A stretch of 64,000 bases of DNA, taken from an uncultured Syntrophobacteraceae bacterium. Lineage in GTDB: Bacteria; Desulfobacterota; Binatia; UBA9968. The position numbers and the translations under genes are program-made. The stretch covers positions 8,687 through 72,686 of the forward strand of contig CAZNES010000011.1 in NCBI GenBank assembly GCA_964572145.1. The letters run 5' to 3'. The notes beneath the pieces were generated by a model. That model saw only the letters and a program-made list of their open reading frames with translations. It did not search any database and had not been told where the DNA came from. This document shows, piece after piece, positions 28,682 through 38,027 of this stretch; the stretch's first letter is position 1; each line of letters begins with the position of its first letter.

Positions 28682-29180
28682 TCTGGAGCTTTTTGTCTTT
28701 GTCCAGCACGCCCGCGGTCATCTCTTGTTTGAACTGCACCAGCTTGGCCGCAATCTTGGGATCTTTACGGCCCAAGATCTCGGCAGCGAAAATTCCCGCG
28801 TTCGCCGCACCCACCTTGCCGATCGCCATGGTCGCAACCGGCACGCCAGCGGGCATCTGCACGGTTGCCAGCAGCGCGTCGAGTCCTTTAAGACTGGAAG
28901 AATCGATCGGCACGCCGATGACAGGAAGGGTTGTGTGCGCGGCGACGACGCCGGCGAGATGGGCCGCCGCACCCGCGCCGACGATGATCGCGTCGAGGCC
29001 TCTCTCCGTCGCCGATTCGGCATATTTCCGGGTTTCGTGCGGCGTCCGATGCGCCGAGAGAACGCGCGTCTCGTACGGGATGCCGAAATAATCGAGCCGC
29101 TTTTCCGCCTCTCTCATCACTTCAAGGTCCGAGTCGCTGCCCATCAAAATCCCCACCTTAGGGCTAGACCGCGTGCTCAT
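28662..29180 (-). CDS. purE: N5-carboxyaminoimidazole ribonucleotide mutase
   Basis: 172 aa. The PurE motif VGILMGSDSDLEVM. Confidence 0.9.
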   Translation of the reverse strand: MSTRSSPKVGILMGSDSDLEVMREAEKRLDYFGIPYETRVLSAHRTPHETRKYAESATERGLDAIIVGAGAAAHLAGVVAAHTTLPVIGVPIDSSSLKGLDALLATVQMPAGVPVATMAIGKVGAANAGIFAAEILGRKDPKIAAKLVQFKQEMTAGVLDKDKKLQSERQKR

Positions 29181-29194
29181 TCTTCCCCTCCCCT

Positions 29195-29290
29195 ATTTTC
29201 GATTTTCAATTTTTGGATTTTATTTTCAATCGAAAATCGGCTCAGCCCGAGGCTGATCAGTCCTCTGGCTGAAATCGAAAATCTAAAATT
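29195..29290. repeat. palindromic intergenic repeat (REP/MITE-like) between purE and purD
   Basis: The TCGATTTTCAAT / ATCGAAAATCGG / GAAATCGAAAATCT arms flank the core TCAGCCCGAGGCTGATCAG. The same core is found at 56328 and 63045. Confidence 0.5.
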
Positions 29291-30557
29291 TCTTTAACGC
29301 TCGCCGCGCAATGTCTCTGCGGTAATGCATGCCATCCCATTTTATTTTGGCGACCGCTTCATAAGCCTCTGTGACGGCTGCCTTGATATCCGCTCCCAAT
29401 GCAGTCACACCCAGGACGCGGCCGCCCGCAGTCAACCAACGGCCCTCCTTCTTAGTCGTGCCGGCGTGAAAGACACAGCCGCACGGCCAATCCTTCAGCG
29501 CGTCTAATCCCGTGATCTCTTTTCCCTTGTCGTAAGATCCCGGGTAGCCGCCCGCGGTCAACACGACACAAACGGCCGCGGCGTTTTCCCACTCGGCCTG
29601 CACCTGATCCAGCCTGCCGTCGATGGTCGCTTCGATCAAAGGCACGAGATCGCTTTTGAGCCGGAGCATCAGCGGCTGGCATTCCGGATCGCCGAAGCGC
29701 GCGTTAAATTCCAAAACTTTCGGCCCAACGGCGGTCAGCATCAAGCCGACGTAGAGCACGCCGCGGTAAAGGATGTCTTTTTTCTTCAACCCTTTCAGCA
29801 GCGGCTCAAGAATCTCGGTCATGATGCGGCGATGGATCTCGGGCGTGACGACCGGCGCGGGCGAATAGGCGCCCATCCCGCCGGTGTTCGGTCCTTCATC
29901 GCCGTCGAAGACCCGCTTGTGGTCCTGCGACGAGGCGAGCGAAAGAATATGCTCGCCGTCGGTCAGGACCATGAAGGACGCTTCTTCGCCTTCCAAAAAC
30001 TCTTCGATAACGACCTTGTCGCCCGCAGCGCCGAAAAGCTTTCGCACCAGGACATCGTCGATCGCCGCTTCCGCTTCATCGCCGCTCGCGCAGATGAGAA
30101 CTCCTTTTCCCGCCGCGAGGCCGTCGGCCTTGATGACATAGGGCGGCTTTTGACCGGCGAGATATATTTTCGCCGCCGCCGCTTCCGAAAAAGTCGCGAA
30201 CGCCGCGGTGGGAATGTGGTTCTCTTGCAAGATTTGTTTGGCGAACGCCTTGCTGCCTTCGAGCTTCGCCGCTTCGCGGCCGGGAGCGAAAATCCGAAGC
30301 CCCCTTTTTTGAAATAATTCAGCGATGCCCAGCGTCAGCGGCAGCTCGGGACCGACGACGGTAAGGTCTATCTTTTCCTTTTCTGCGAAAGCAGAAAGTT
30401 TGTCGATTTCTTCAACCCTGATCGATACCAGCTCGGCGGTCTCACCGATAGCCGCGTTTCCCGGCGCGCAGAAGATTTTTTTTACTTGCGGGCTCCGCGC
30501 GAGCTTCCAAACCAGAGCGTGCTCTCTCCCGCCGCCGCCAATGACAAGAATTTTCAT
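29283..30557 (-). CDS. purD: phosphoribosylamine--glycine ligase
   Basis: 424 aa. ATP-grasp and the PurD N-terminal MKILVIGGGGREHAL. Confidence 0.95.
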   Translation of the reverse strand: MKILVIGGGGREHALVWKLARSPQVKKIFCAPGNAAIGETAELVSIRVEEIDKLSAFAEKEKIDLTVVGPELPLTLGIAELFQKRGLRIFAPGREAAKLEGSKAFAKQILQENHIPTAAFATFSEAAAAKIYLAGQKPPYVIKADGLAAGKGVLICASGDEAEAAIDDVLVRKLFGAAGDKVVIEEFLEGEEASFMVLTDGEHILSLASSQDHKRVFDGDEGPNTGGMGAYSPAPVVTPEIHRRIMTEILEPLLKGLKKKDILYRGVLYVGLMLTAVGPKVLEFNARFGDPECQPLMLRLKSDLVPLIEATIDGRLDQVQAEWENAAAVCVVLTAGGYPGSYDKGKEITGLDALKDWPCGCVFHAGTTKKEGRWLTAGGRVLGVTALGADIKAAVTEAYEAVAKIKWDGMHYRRDIARRALKKF

Positions 30558-30764
30558 GACTGTTCAATGGAAATCATGAAGCGGACTTGCCGGTTCCTGA
30601 TCGAAAATTGACTCCGAGTCGTCCGAACTTTATCTCCAGAACGGTCAAAAAGGTCCCAGAGACGAGGCGCGCGAAAACCGCCGAGCGCAGGCGTACTCAT
30701 TTCAGTACGTCGAGCGAAGGCGGTTGAGTGCAACGAAGTATATGGGCCTTTGTGGCCGTCCTGC

Positions 30765-32336
30765 CTAGTGTCGGAAATGGCGCATGCCCGTGAGCACCAT
30801 TGCCATATCGTACTGATCAGCGACGGCAATTACTTCGTTGTCTTTGATCGAGCCACCGGGCTGGATGACGGCTTTCGCCCCGGCTTTCGCCGCTTCCTCT
30901 ACCCCATCGTGAAAAGGAAAGAAAGCATCCGACGAGACGACCGAGCCGCGGAGATCGAGATTATGAATCCCCGCGCGCATCACCGCGAGCTTCACCGAAT
31001 CGACCCGGCTCATCTGTCCCGCGCCGACACCGAGGACCTGATCGCGTGACGTGAAGACGATCGCGTTCGACTTCACGTGTCGGCAAACGCGCCAGCCGAA
31101 GTCCATCGCGCTCAACTCCCCCTCGGTCGGCCGCCGTTTCGACACGACCTTACACTGGCGCACATCGACTTTGCCCGTATCCCAGTCCTGCACCAGCAGA
31201 CCGCCGCGCACGCGGCGGAGATCGTAACCGCCGACCGCTTTGTCGCTCATATCCAGTTCGAGAAGGCGAATATTGAGCAGCCGCTTTGCCGACGACAGCA
31301 CCGCCTTCGCTTCCGGCGTGAACGACGGCGCGATCACGATCTCGAGAAAAATTTCTTTCAGCTCATTGGCGGTCTCTTCATCCACCGGGCGGTTGAAGGC
31401 GATGACGCCGCCGAAAATCGAAACCGGGTCCGACGCGCGCGCCTTACGAAAAGAATCGGCCAGCGATTTTTTCGATACCGCGACGCCGCAAGGATTATTG
31501 TGCTTGATCGCAACCGTCGCGATGTCGGAAAACTCCAAAACGACGCGCAAGGCCGCGTCGGCATCGAGAATATTGTTATACGACAGTTCTTTTCCTTGGA
31601 ACTGCTTTGCACTTGCAATCGACGGGCCGCGGCTATCCCCGCTGGAATAAAACGCCGCGCTCTGATGCGGGTTCTCGCCGTAGCGGAGATCCTGAAGTTT
31701 CGTGAACTGAAGGCTCAACGTCCGGCCGAAGCGGTCCGGTTTTTTATCGCCGTCGAGCGCGTCGAGATAGTTGGAGATCGCGCCGTCGTAGTGCGCCGTG
31801 TGGCGAAACGCCTTCCGCGCCAGATCGAAGCGCGTCGCGTCGGCCAGCTCGCCTTTGTCTTTCAGCTCCGCGAGTATCTTCTCGTAATCCGCCGGATCGA
31901 CGACCACGCCGACGTGGGCGAAGTTTTTCGCCGCCGCCCGCACCATCGACGGCCCGCCGATGTCGATATTCTCGACGATGTCGTGAAACGGTGCCTCGCG
32001 CGCGACCGTCGCCTCGAACGGATAGAGGTTCACGACGACGAGACCTATCGACGTGATGCCGTGAGCCTTCATCTGCGCGACGTGCTCGCTGTTTTCGCGC
32101 AACGCGAGAATTCCGCCGTGGACCTTCGGATGCAGCGTTTTCACCCGCCCGTCCATCATCTCGGGGAAGCCGGTGATTTCCGACACGTCCTTCACCACGA
32201 CGTTTTCTTTCCGGAGCAGCGCCGCCGTGCCGCCGGTAGAAACGATTTCGATCCCCAACGCCGCCAGTCCACGAGCGAACGGTACGAGCCCGTTTTTGTC
32301 GGAGACGCTGATTAAGGCCCTCTCGATCTTGCCCAC
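30765..32336 (-). CDS. purH: bifunctional AICAR transformylase / IMP cyclohydrolase
   Basis: 523 aa. The N-terminal MGS-like domain ([10 protein letters not shown]) plus the AICARFT domain. Confidence 0.95.
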   Translation of the reverse strand: MGKIERALISVSDKNGLVPFARGLAALGIEIVSTGGTAALLRKENVVVKDVSEITGFPEMMDGRVKTLHPKVHGGILALRENSEHVAQMKAHGITSIGLVVVNLYPFEATVAREAPFHDIVENIDIGGPSMVRAAAKNFAHVGVVVDPADYEKILAELKDKGELADATRFDLARKAFRHTAHYDGAISNYLDALDGDKKPDRFGRTLSLQFTKLQDLRYGENPHQSAAFYSSGDSRGPSIASAKQFQGKELSYNNILDADAALRVVLEFSDIATVAIKHNNPCGVAVSKKSLADSFRKARASDPVSIFGGVIAFNRPVDEETANELKEIFLEIVIAPSFTPEAKAVLSSAKRLLNIRLLELDMSDKAVGGYDLRRVRGGLLVQDWDTGKVDVRQCKVVSKRRPTEGELSAMDFGWRVCRHVKSNAIVFTSRDQVLGVGAGQMSRVDSVKLAVMRAGIHNLDLRGSVVSSDAFFPFHDGVEEAAKAGAKAVIQPGGSIKDNEVIAVADQYDMAMVLTGMRHFRH

Positions 32337-32342
32337 GCTTGC

Positions 32343-33485
32343 CTAACCCTCCTGCGAATTTTGCTGAATGCGCGGAACCCGCGCGCTGATCGATGTGAGA
32401 ATTTCGTAAGAGATGGTTTCCGCCCAGCCCGCCATCTCGTCGGCGGAGATCGTCTCTTCGCCTTGCCGGCCGAGCAGAACGACGTCATCTCCCTGAGTTA
32501 CTCCTCGTATATCGGTAACATCTATCATAGTCAAATCCATGCTGATTCTGCCGACGACCGGCGCTCTTTTTCCGCGCACGAGCGCGGCGCCGCGATTCGA
32601 AAGCAGCCGGTGATAGCCGTCGGCGTAGCCCACCGGCAGCGTCGCGATCGAACTTTTTCGTTTGGTCACGAACGTCCGGCCGTAACCGACGCTCGAATCG
32701 GGCGGCAATTCTTTCAATTGCAAAATGCGCGTCCTCCACGAAAGCACGGGACGCAGCTCGATGCGGCGCGCCATCTCCGGCGCGGGGTAGAGACCGTAGA
32801 GCATGAGTCCCGGCCGGACCATCGTGCCGTGCGCGCTCGGAACGCCGATGATGCCGGCGCTGTTAGCGAGGTGGACAAGCGATGGGTTGAGACCTGTATT
32901 ACGCAGCCGCGCGTGAACGCGCGCGAAATTTTTCACCTGCGATTGCGTGTGATCGCCGTTGGCGTCTTCGGCGTGAGAGAGTTGACTGAAGAGACCTTCG
33001 AGCTTCAGCGCTTTCAACTTACCGGCTTCCGGCAGCCATGCATCGATGTCCGAATGCAAAAGACCGAGCCTACTCATCCCGGTATCAACCTTGAGATGGA
33101 ATTTGAGCGAGCGCTTGCGCTTCTGCAAGAGCTTTTCCAGCTCATGGAGCGTATGAAGATCGCCCACGGCGGGTGTCAAACGGTGCCGCAAAAATTCTCC
33201 GAGTTGCTCGGGATAGACCGCAGTCATAACGAGGATCGGCGCGCCGATCCCGCTCTGTCTCAGCTCGATCCCTTCTTCCAACGTCGCCACGCCGAAGCCG
33301 TCGCTGCCGGCTTTGGACAGCGTCTTCGCCGCCTCACGAGCGCCGTGGCCGTAGGCCTGTGCCTTGACGATAGAAAAAATTTTTACGCCGGAGCCGACGG
33401 TCTTTCTTACCTGTTGGAAGTTCCAGCGCAGAGCTGCAAGATCGATCAAGCAGTGGGTAGGACGGCCTTTAGGTAAACTGCTCAT
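32343..33485 (-). CDS. alr: alanine racemase
   Basis: 380 aa. The PLP-lysine motif VKAQAYGHG and the C-terminal beta domain. Confidence 0.9.
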   Translation of the reverse strand: MSSLPKGRPTHCLIDLAALRWNFQQVRKTVGSGVKIFSIVKAQAYGHGAREAAKTLSKAGSDGFGVATLEEGIELRQSGIGAPILVMTAVYPEQLGEFLRHRLTPAVGDLHTLHELEKLLQKRKRSLKFHLKVDTGMSRLGLLHSDIDAWLPEAGKLKALKLEGLFSQLSHAEDANGDHTQSQVKNFARVHARLRNTGLNPSLVHLANSAGIIGVPSAHGTMVRPGLMLYGLYPAPEMARRIELRPVLSWRTRILQLKELPPDSSVGYGRTFVTKRKSSIATLPVGYADGYHRLLSNRGAALVRGKRAPVVGRISMDLTMIDVTDIRGVTQGDDVVLLGRQGEETISADEMAGWAETISYEILTSISARVPRIQQNSQEG

Positions 33486-33675
33486 TAAGAAGAAGGTTTT
33501 CGCCTTGTCTCATCGGCTTAACAAATATGCCGCGACTTGTAAACGGCACGCAGGACTCGGTAGGCCAACCTTCCTCACTTGACGTGCACCGCCAATTAAA
33601 TTAGCTCTATCCCGATCAGCCGATTGGCAGTAACCCACAAGGACGGGATATACTTACCAAGGGAGGGACGAAATC

Positions 33676-34788
33676 ATGCTGGCAACCAGAATCGTCCAGA
33701 AAGAGGGCACTTTTTACTTCGCCGCCGTGAAGGCGAGCGAATTGCTGGACCGGGTGCGTTTCACCAGCCGCTACTACTTCGAGGGCGAGGAGATCGCGCC
33801 GGACGACACCGGGGACGACGAGGTCGCGCGCTTCATCTCCGGCATCGAAAAGACCGAAAGGTCGTTCCAACGCGTCCTGAACCAACGCAAGGTAAAACAG
33901 ATCGTCAACTTTTACGAAACGGCCGTGAGCCAGCCTTTGATCCCCGGCACGATCCTTTTGTTCACCGAGGAGACCTTGGGCTTTCGCCGGCAGGACGGCT
34001 CCGACACCATCGGATTTGTAAGCGAACCGAAGGGCAAGTTTTTGATCATCGACGGACAGCACCGGCTGGCGGCGCTCCATTTCTTTAGCCAGAAACATCC
34101 CGAGACGGCCAAGCAGCTCGACGTCCCGTGCGTTCTGTTCGACGGCAAAAGCGCGGACTTCGCCACCGAGATGTTTGTCATCATCAACTCGACGCACACG
34201 CGGATCAACAAGTCGCACCTGGTCGATCTCTACGAGCGGGTCTCGTGGGAAACGCCGGAGAAAAAACTCGCGGCAAAAGTGGTCAACCTGCTCTACGAAG
34301 AGAGCGACTCGCCGCTCCGCTACCGCATCAACCGGCTGGGCGGACGCAGCCGCCAGGAAAAATGGATCTTACAGTCGGAGCTTTTCAACGAGATCTACAA
34401 AGTGGTGCTCAAGAACCGCAAATTTTTCGACGAGCATTTCCAGTTCCGCTCCGACTACGTGTACGCGCTGGTCCGGGATTATTTCAAGGCGGTGCGCGAC
34501 GTGATGCATTCGGTCTGGGGCGACAACGAGCGCTACATGTTCACGCGCGACGTTACGCTCAAAGCGCTCATCCGCGTCTTCGGCGACTTGATCCGCAACC
34601 GGAACGTCTTCCGCGCCTGGGACGAGAAGCGCGACCCGCGGATATTCATGGGCGTGATACGGCCGTGGCCCGAGCTGGCGCGGGAATTTCGCGCCGAGGG
34701 ATTCTACGAGCGCTTTCCCGCCAAGGGACAGGTCGAGCGCGTCCGGCGCATTCATTTGAAGTTGAGCCAAGCGATCGGCTACGCGTGA
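33676..34788 (+). CDS. DGQHR-domain protein (DndB-like, ParB/Srx fold)
   Basis: 370 aa. The LIIDGQHRLAALHF motif is diagnostic of the DGQHR/DndB family. No dnd or ssp genes are adjacent. Confidence 0.7.
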   Translation: MLATRIVQKEGTFYFAAVKASELLDRVRFTSRYYFEGEEIAPDDTGDDEVARFISGIEKTERSFQRVLNQRKVKQIVNFYETAVSQPLIPGTILLFTEETLGFRRQDGSDTIGFVSEPKGKFLIIDGQHRLAALHFFSQKHPETAKQLDVPCVLFDGKSADFATEMFVIINSTHTRINKSHLVDLYERVSWETPEKKLAAKVVNLLYEESDSPLRYRINRLGGRSRQEKWILQSELFNEIYKVVLKNRKFFDEHFQFRSDYVYALVRDYFKAVRDVMHSVWGDNERYMFTRDVTLKALIRVFGDLIRNRNVFRAWDEKRDPRIFMGVIRPWPELAREFRAEGFYERFPAKGQVERVRRIHLKLSQAIGYA

Positions 34789-35167
34789 GGCATGTTACAG
34801 CCGCGCCCCAACTCGAAATAAGGTTTCATGATCGGTCCCTCCTAACCACGCTTGGCTCGCGCTGAATTAGCGTTTGATCCTGCCCGCCGTCTTGGAGTAT
34901 GAATTGCAGCATCTTTCCAATTGAGCGTTGAGCACAGTTCCTATGGCTGATCCAAACGCGCGCCGGCCAAGACAGGCTGCGGGTGGTTAGTGAAATAGGA
35001 CGCTCCATCCGGCGGTGTTTGGCGACCAGCAGGTTGTTGACAAGTTGGAGTAGCTTACGGATATTGCAACCGATTCGGATCTGGGCAGTGGAGCCGTGTT
35101 AGGAGATAGGCGGACCGGCATTTGTCGCCTGGAAAAGCGGGTCACTTAATAGCCGTTACCAAGTGCC

Positions 35168-35884
35168 GTGAAGAATCAATACGTCGGCGATATCAACGAT
35201 TTCCGAAAGTACAGTCTGATCCGGGTTCTTACCGGGGAAGGCGAACTCCGGTCGGGCGTCTGTTGGATGTTGACTGCCAATGACGGGCGCACTGATGGCC
35301 GGTTCCTTCGCTATCTGCAACAGCCGGATCACTGGAGGAGCCTCGACAAGAAAACATTTGAGGCCATGCGCCGAATCGTCCATGACCATAGGCGACGCGA
35401 CGTATCCTTGATAGAAGGCTCCGGTGTCCTTCCGAATGCGAAGTTCTTTTCTCCAATCCTTGACGACGACCGCGAACGCCGAGCCTTATATTTTGCGAAC
35501 GCCAAGTCGGCGCTTTGTGGAACACAACTCTTGTTTTTCGATCCTGACAACGGGCTCGAAGTAAAGTCAGTACCGCTCGGGCGAAAACGTTCTAGAAAGT
35601 ACCTCTACTGGTCTGAACTCCCTACGTTTTCTGAGGCCGGTTGTTTCATTCTGATTTACCAGCACTTTCCACGCGAGGATCGTGCTTCCTACATTCAACG
35701 GCGTGTTGTTGAAATTTGGCAGGCTTTGGGCGATGTCTCTGTTTACTCCTTTCGAACGGCCTACGTTGGCTTTTTCCTCGCGGCGCAGTCTCCGTCTATG
35801 CGTCGTTTCTTTCGAGAGCGCGTCAAAATCCTTGAACGCCGTTGGAATGGACAGTTTCAGGTGCAATACCATGGTAACGGCTAA
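35168..35884 (+). CDS. hypothetical protein, possible PD-(D/E)xK-like nuclease partner of the DGQHR protein
   Basis: 238 aa with a GTG start. No recognised family. LLFFDPDNGLEVKS can be read as PD...ExK. By eye its GC is lower than that of the flanking core genes. Confidence 0.4.
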   Translation: MKNQYVGDINDFRKYSLIRVLTGEGELRSGVCWMLTANDGRTDGRFLRYLQQPDHWRSLDKKTFEAMRRIVHDHRRRDVSLIEGSGVLPNAKFFSPILDDDRERRALYFANAKSALCGTQLLFFDPDNGLEVKSVPLGRKRSRKYLYWSELPTFSEAGCFILIYQHFPREDRASYIQRRVVEIWQALGDVSVYSFRTAYVGFFLAAQSPSMRRFFRERVKILERRWNGQFQVQYHGNG

Positions 35885-36027
35885 CAACACGCCCCACCCA
35901 GACGCGCGCGAAGCGCCGTGCCAATTCTCAGTGCCGTCGGTGCGCGCCGGTGGGCGTGGACGTTAACCGGCAGAGTCAACGTGGCGCAACCTATGGATCG
36001 GGCGCGCACTGAAAGGCGGAAGCGGTG

Positions 36028-36159
36028 ATGAAGATCGACATCGACAAACTCAGCGAAGAAGAACTGATCGATCTGAACAACAACGAGGAAGATAAGAGAG
36101 CGGGACTCTTATTCTCGACGTGCAGCGTGGCACCGGCAAGCAGCGCTGTTATTGCTTAG
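36028..36159 (+). pseudogene. truncated duplicate of the 5' end of the 36548-36868 gene
   Basis: MKIDIDKLSEEELIDLNNNEEDKRAG... compared with MKIDIDKLSEDELIDLNNRIVV... at 36548. The DNA identity over the first ~60 nt is very high before the sequences diverge. Confidence 0.6.
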
Positions 36160-36254
36160 TATCGGGCGCTGAAGCACGGCGCCGGACACATTTCAAAAGA
36201 TCGCGCATGCAAGGTAGAATAAGATGGTTGTTAAGTTGTCCGAATAATCACAGG

Positions 36255-36551
36255 ATGGCCGATATGAATTCGAAAAAAAAATCTACGAAAAAACAATTTT
36301 CCGAAGAAGAAATCGATAAAATTGTAGAATCGCAAGTTGAGAAGGATTCAGCTTGGGGAAAACCCATTAAAGTCCGCAGAGCAAAAACGGCTGCTTTGTC
36401 TCTTCCGGCGAAGTTGGCTGCCCGTGCTGTTTTTCTGGCGAGATTACACAGCGAGAAAAACGTCGAGGAATGGTTGGCGCGCATTATTAAAGAGCGCGTG
36501 GAGCTGGAAGAGGTCGCTTTCAGTCAAGCAAAGCGCGCTATGTTGCGATGA
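36255..36551 (+). CDS. small CopG/ribbon-helix-helix-like protein (putative antitoxin-like)
   Basis: 98 aa in AT-rich DNA. The C-terminal strand-helix-helix pattern (LSLPAKLAARAVFLARLH...EEWLARIIKER). Its stop overlaps the next ATG (ATGA). Confidence 0.4.
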   Translation: MADMNSKKKSTKKQFSEEEIDKIVESQVEKDSAWGKPIKVRRAKTAALSLPAKLAARAVFLARLHSEKNVEEWLARIIKERVELEEVAFSQAKRAMLR

Positions 36552-36868
36552 AAATCGACATCGACAAGCTCAGCGAAGATGAACTGATCGATCTGAACAA
36601 CAGGATCGTGGTGCGCCTGCGGTTCTTGAGTCAGATGCGCGCGCACTCGCAGATGCTGGACTTCAAGATCGGCGATCGCGTCGCTTTTCAGCCGGAAGGG
36701 AGTCCGCGCCTGGTTGGAATGCTCACTCGCTACAATCGGAAAACGGTCACGGTCATCACCGACAGCGGACAGCACTGGAACGTGGCGCCGGGGCTTCTAC
36801 GCAAGGCAGCGTCTCCCGATCACGCGGAGACCGGCCACGCGAAGGTAGTTCGACTGAGAAAGGAATGA
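36548..36868 (+). CDS. hypothetical 106-aa protein (coiled N-terminus plus small beta domain), translationally coupled to the upstream RHH-like gene
   Basis: ORF with an ATGA overlap to the upstream gene. Its N-terminus is duplicated at 36028. Confidence 0.4.
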   Translation: MKIDIDKLSEDELIDLNNRIVVRLRFLSQMRAHSQMLDFKIGDRVAFQPEGSPRLVGMLTRYNRKTVTVITDSGQHWNVAPGLLRKAASPDHAETGHAKVVRLRKE

Positions 36869-36937
36869 TCGAGGCCATGAGCGAGCTTCCTTAGCGCTTA
36901 CCTGGACAACGATAGATCAGGGCGGTATTATCCTGCT

Positions 36938-37168
36938 ATGAGCAAGACAGCAGACGATCTCCTGACTAAGGCTAAGCGACTTTCCACTACCGAACGGGCC
37001 GACCTCGCCGCCGCGTTGCTCGCCAGCCTGGATGGTGAGCCTGAGGGGGACGTTGAAGCCGCATGGGCCGCCGAGATTCAGCGGCGTGCCGAGCGTGTGA
37101 GGTCTGGCGAAGCGAAAGGCCGACTTTGGTCCGAGGTTCGCAAACGCCTTGAGCGTCGGAGAGGATGA
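36938..37168 (+). CDS. addiction-module antitoxin (putative addiction module component family, ParD-like role)
   Basis: 76 aa. TTERADLAAALLASLDG...AWAAEIQRRAERV is the typical small acidic antitoxin pattern. Its stop overlaps the toxin ATG. Confidence 0.6.
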   Translation: MSKTADDLLTKAKRLSTTERADLAAALLASLDGEPEGDVEAAWAAEIQRRAERVRSGEAKGRLWSEVRKRLERRRG

Positions 37169-37482
37169 GCCCACGCATTATCGTCCTCGACGAGGCGGAG
37201 GACGAACTGATCGAAGCGCAAAAGTGGTACGAGACTCAGCGCTCCGGTCTTGGCCAGGAATTCAGACATGCGATCGACGAGGCGATGGAACGCCTTCTGA
37301 ATGCGCCGCTTGCTGCTTCGCCAATCGTCAACGTTCCCACCTCCATCGGCGCGCGAAGAATTCTGGTCAAACGGTTCCCATATTCCATTGTTTTCATCCA
37401 TCATGACGAGGATCTCTGGGTCATTGCGTTTGCCCATCACCGCCGACGGCCGAGCTATTGGCGCGAACGGCTAAAGCCGTAG
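37165..37482 (+). CDS. type II toxin, RelE/ParE family
   Basis: 105 aa. The ParE-like hallmarks ...ILVKRFPYSIVFIHHDEDLWVIAFAHHRRRP. Confidence 0.7.
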   Translation: MSPRIIVLDEAEDELIEAQKWYETQRSGLGQEFRHAIDEAMERLLNAPLAASPIVNVPTSIGARRILVKRFPYSIVFIHHDEDLWVIAFAHHRRRPSYWRERLKP

Positions 37483-37570
37483 CTACTCGCGAGTGACTGA
37501 CAGCGATCGGAATGGATTAGGCGTGCTGTGGTTATCCGCTCCCCAGTTCACAGTAGCGTTGGCGTCGGCC

Positions 37571-37894
37571 TCAAGACACCTTCGCGCCCGCATTCACCGT
37601 TTTTTCCAGCGTCAGGACAACGACGCGGCCGTCGTCTGATGAAGCGGCCAACACCATTCCCTGGCTTTCCAAGCCGCGCAGCGTAGCCGTTTCCAGATTC
37701 GCCACCACGACGACTTGTTTCCCGACCAACTCTTCCGGTTGATAGTGGGCGCGGATGCCGGCGACGATCTGCCGCTCTTCCGAGCCCAAGTCCACTTTGA
37801 GGACGAGCAGTTTGTCGGCGTTCGGATGCGCCTCGGCGCTTTTCACGACGCCGACGCGGAGCTCGAGCTTTCTGAATTCATCGATGGTGATCAT
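37571..37894 (-). CDS. tRNA-binding protein (CsaA / EMAP-II / MetRS-C-terminal-like domain)
   Basis: 108 aa from the M at MITIDEFRKLELRVGVVKSAEAHPNADKLLVLKVDLG..., which is the OB-fold tRNA-binding domain. The upstream 80 aa of the track ORF are not supported. Confidence 0.75.
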   Translation of the reverse strand: MITIDEFRKLELRVGVVKSAEAHPNADKLLVLKVDLGSEERQIVAGIRAHYQPEELVGKQVVVVANLETATLRGLESQGMVLAASSDDGRVVVLTLEKTVNAGAKVS

Positions 37895-38027
37895 CTTCGA
37901 CTGCCTTTCTGGACCGAGTGTTGTGGAGCAAGATAGCAAAATGGCGGCTTCAAGAATAGCTGTGGATCTTTTAAACTTGTAAACTAAACTCGGCGGCGTT
38001 AAAGTTTTTGCGGCCTCTGGAGGAACA

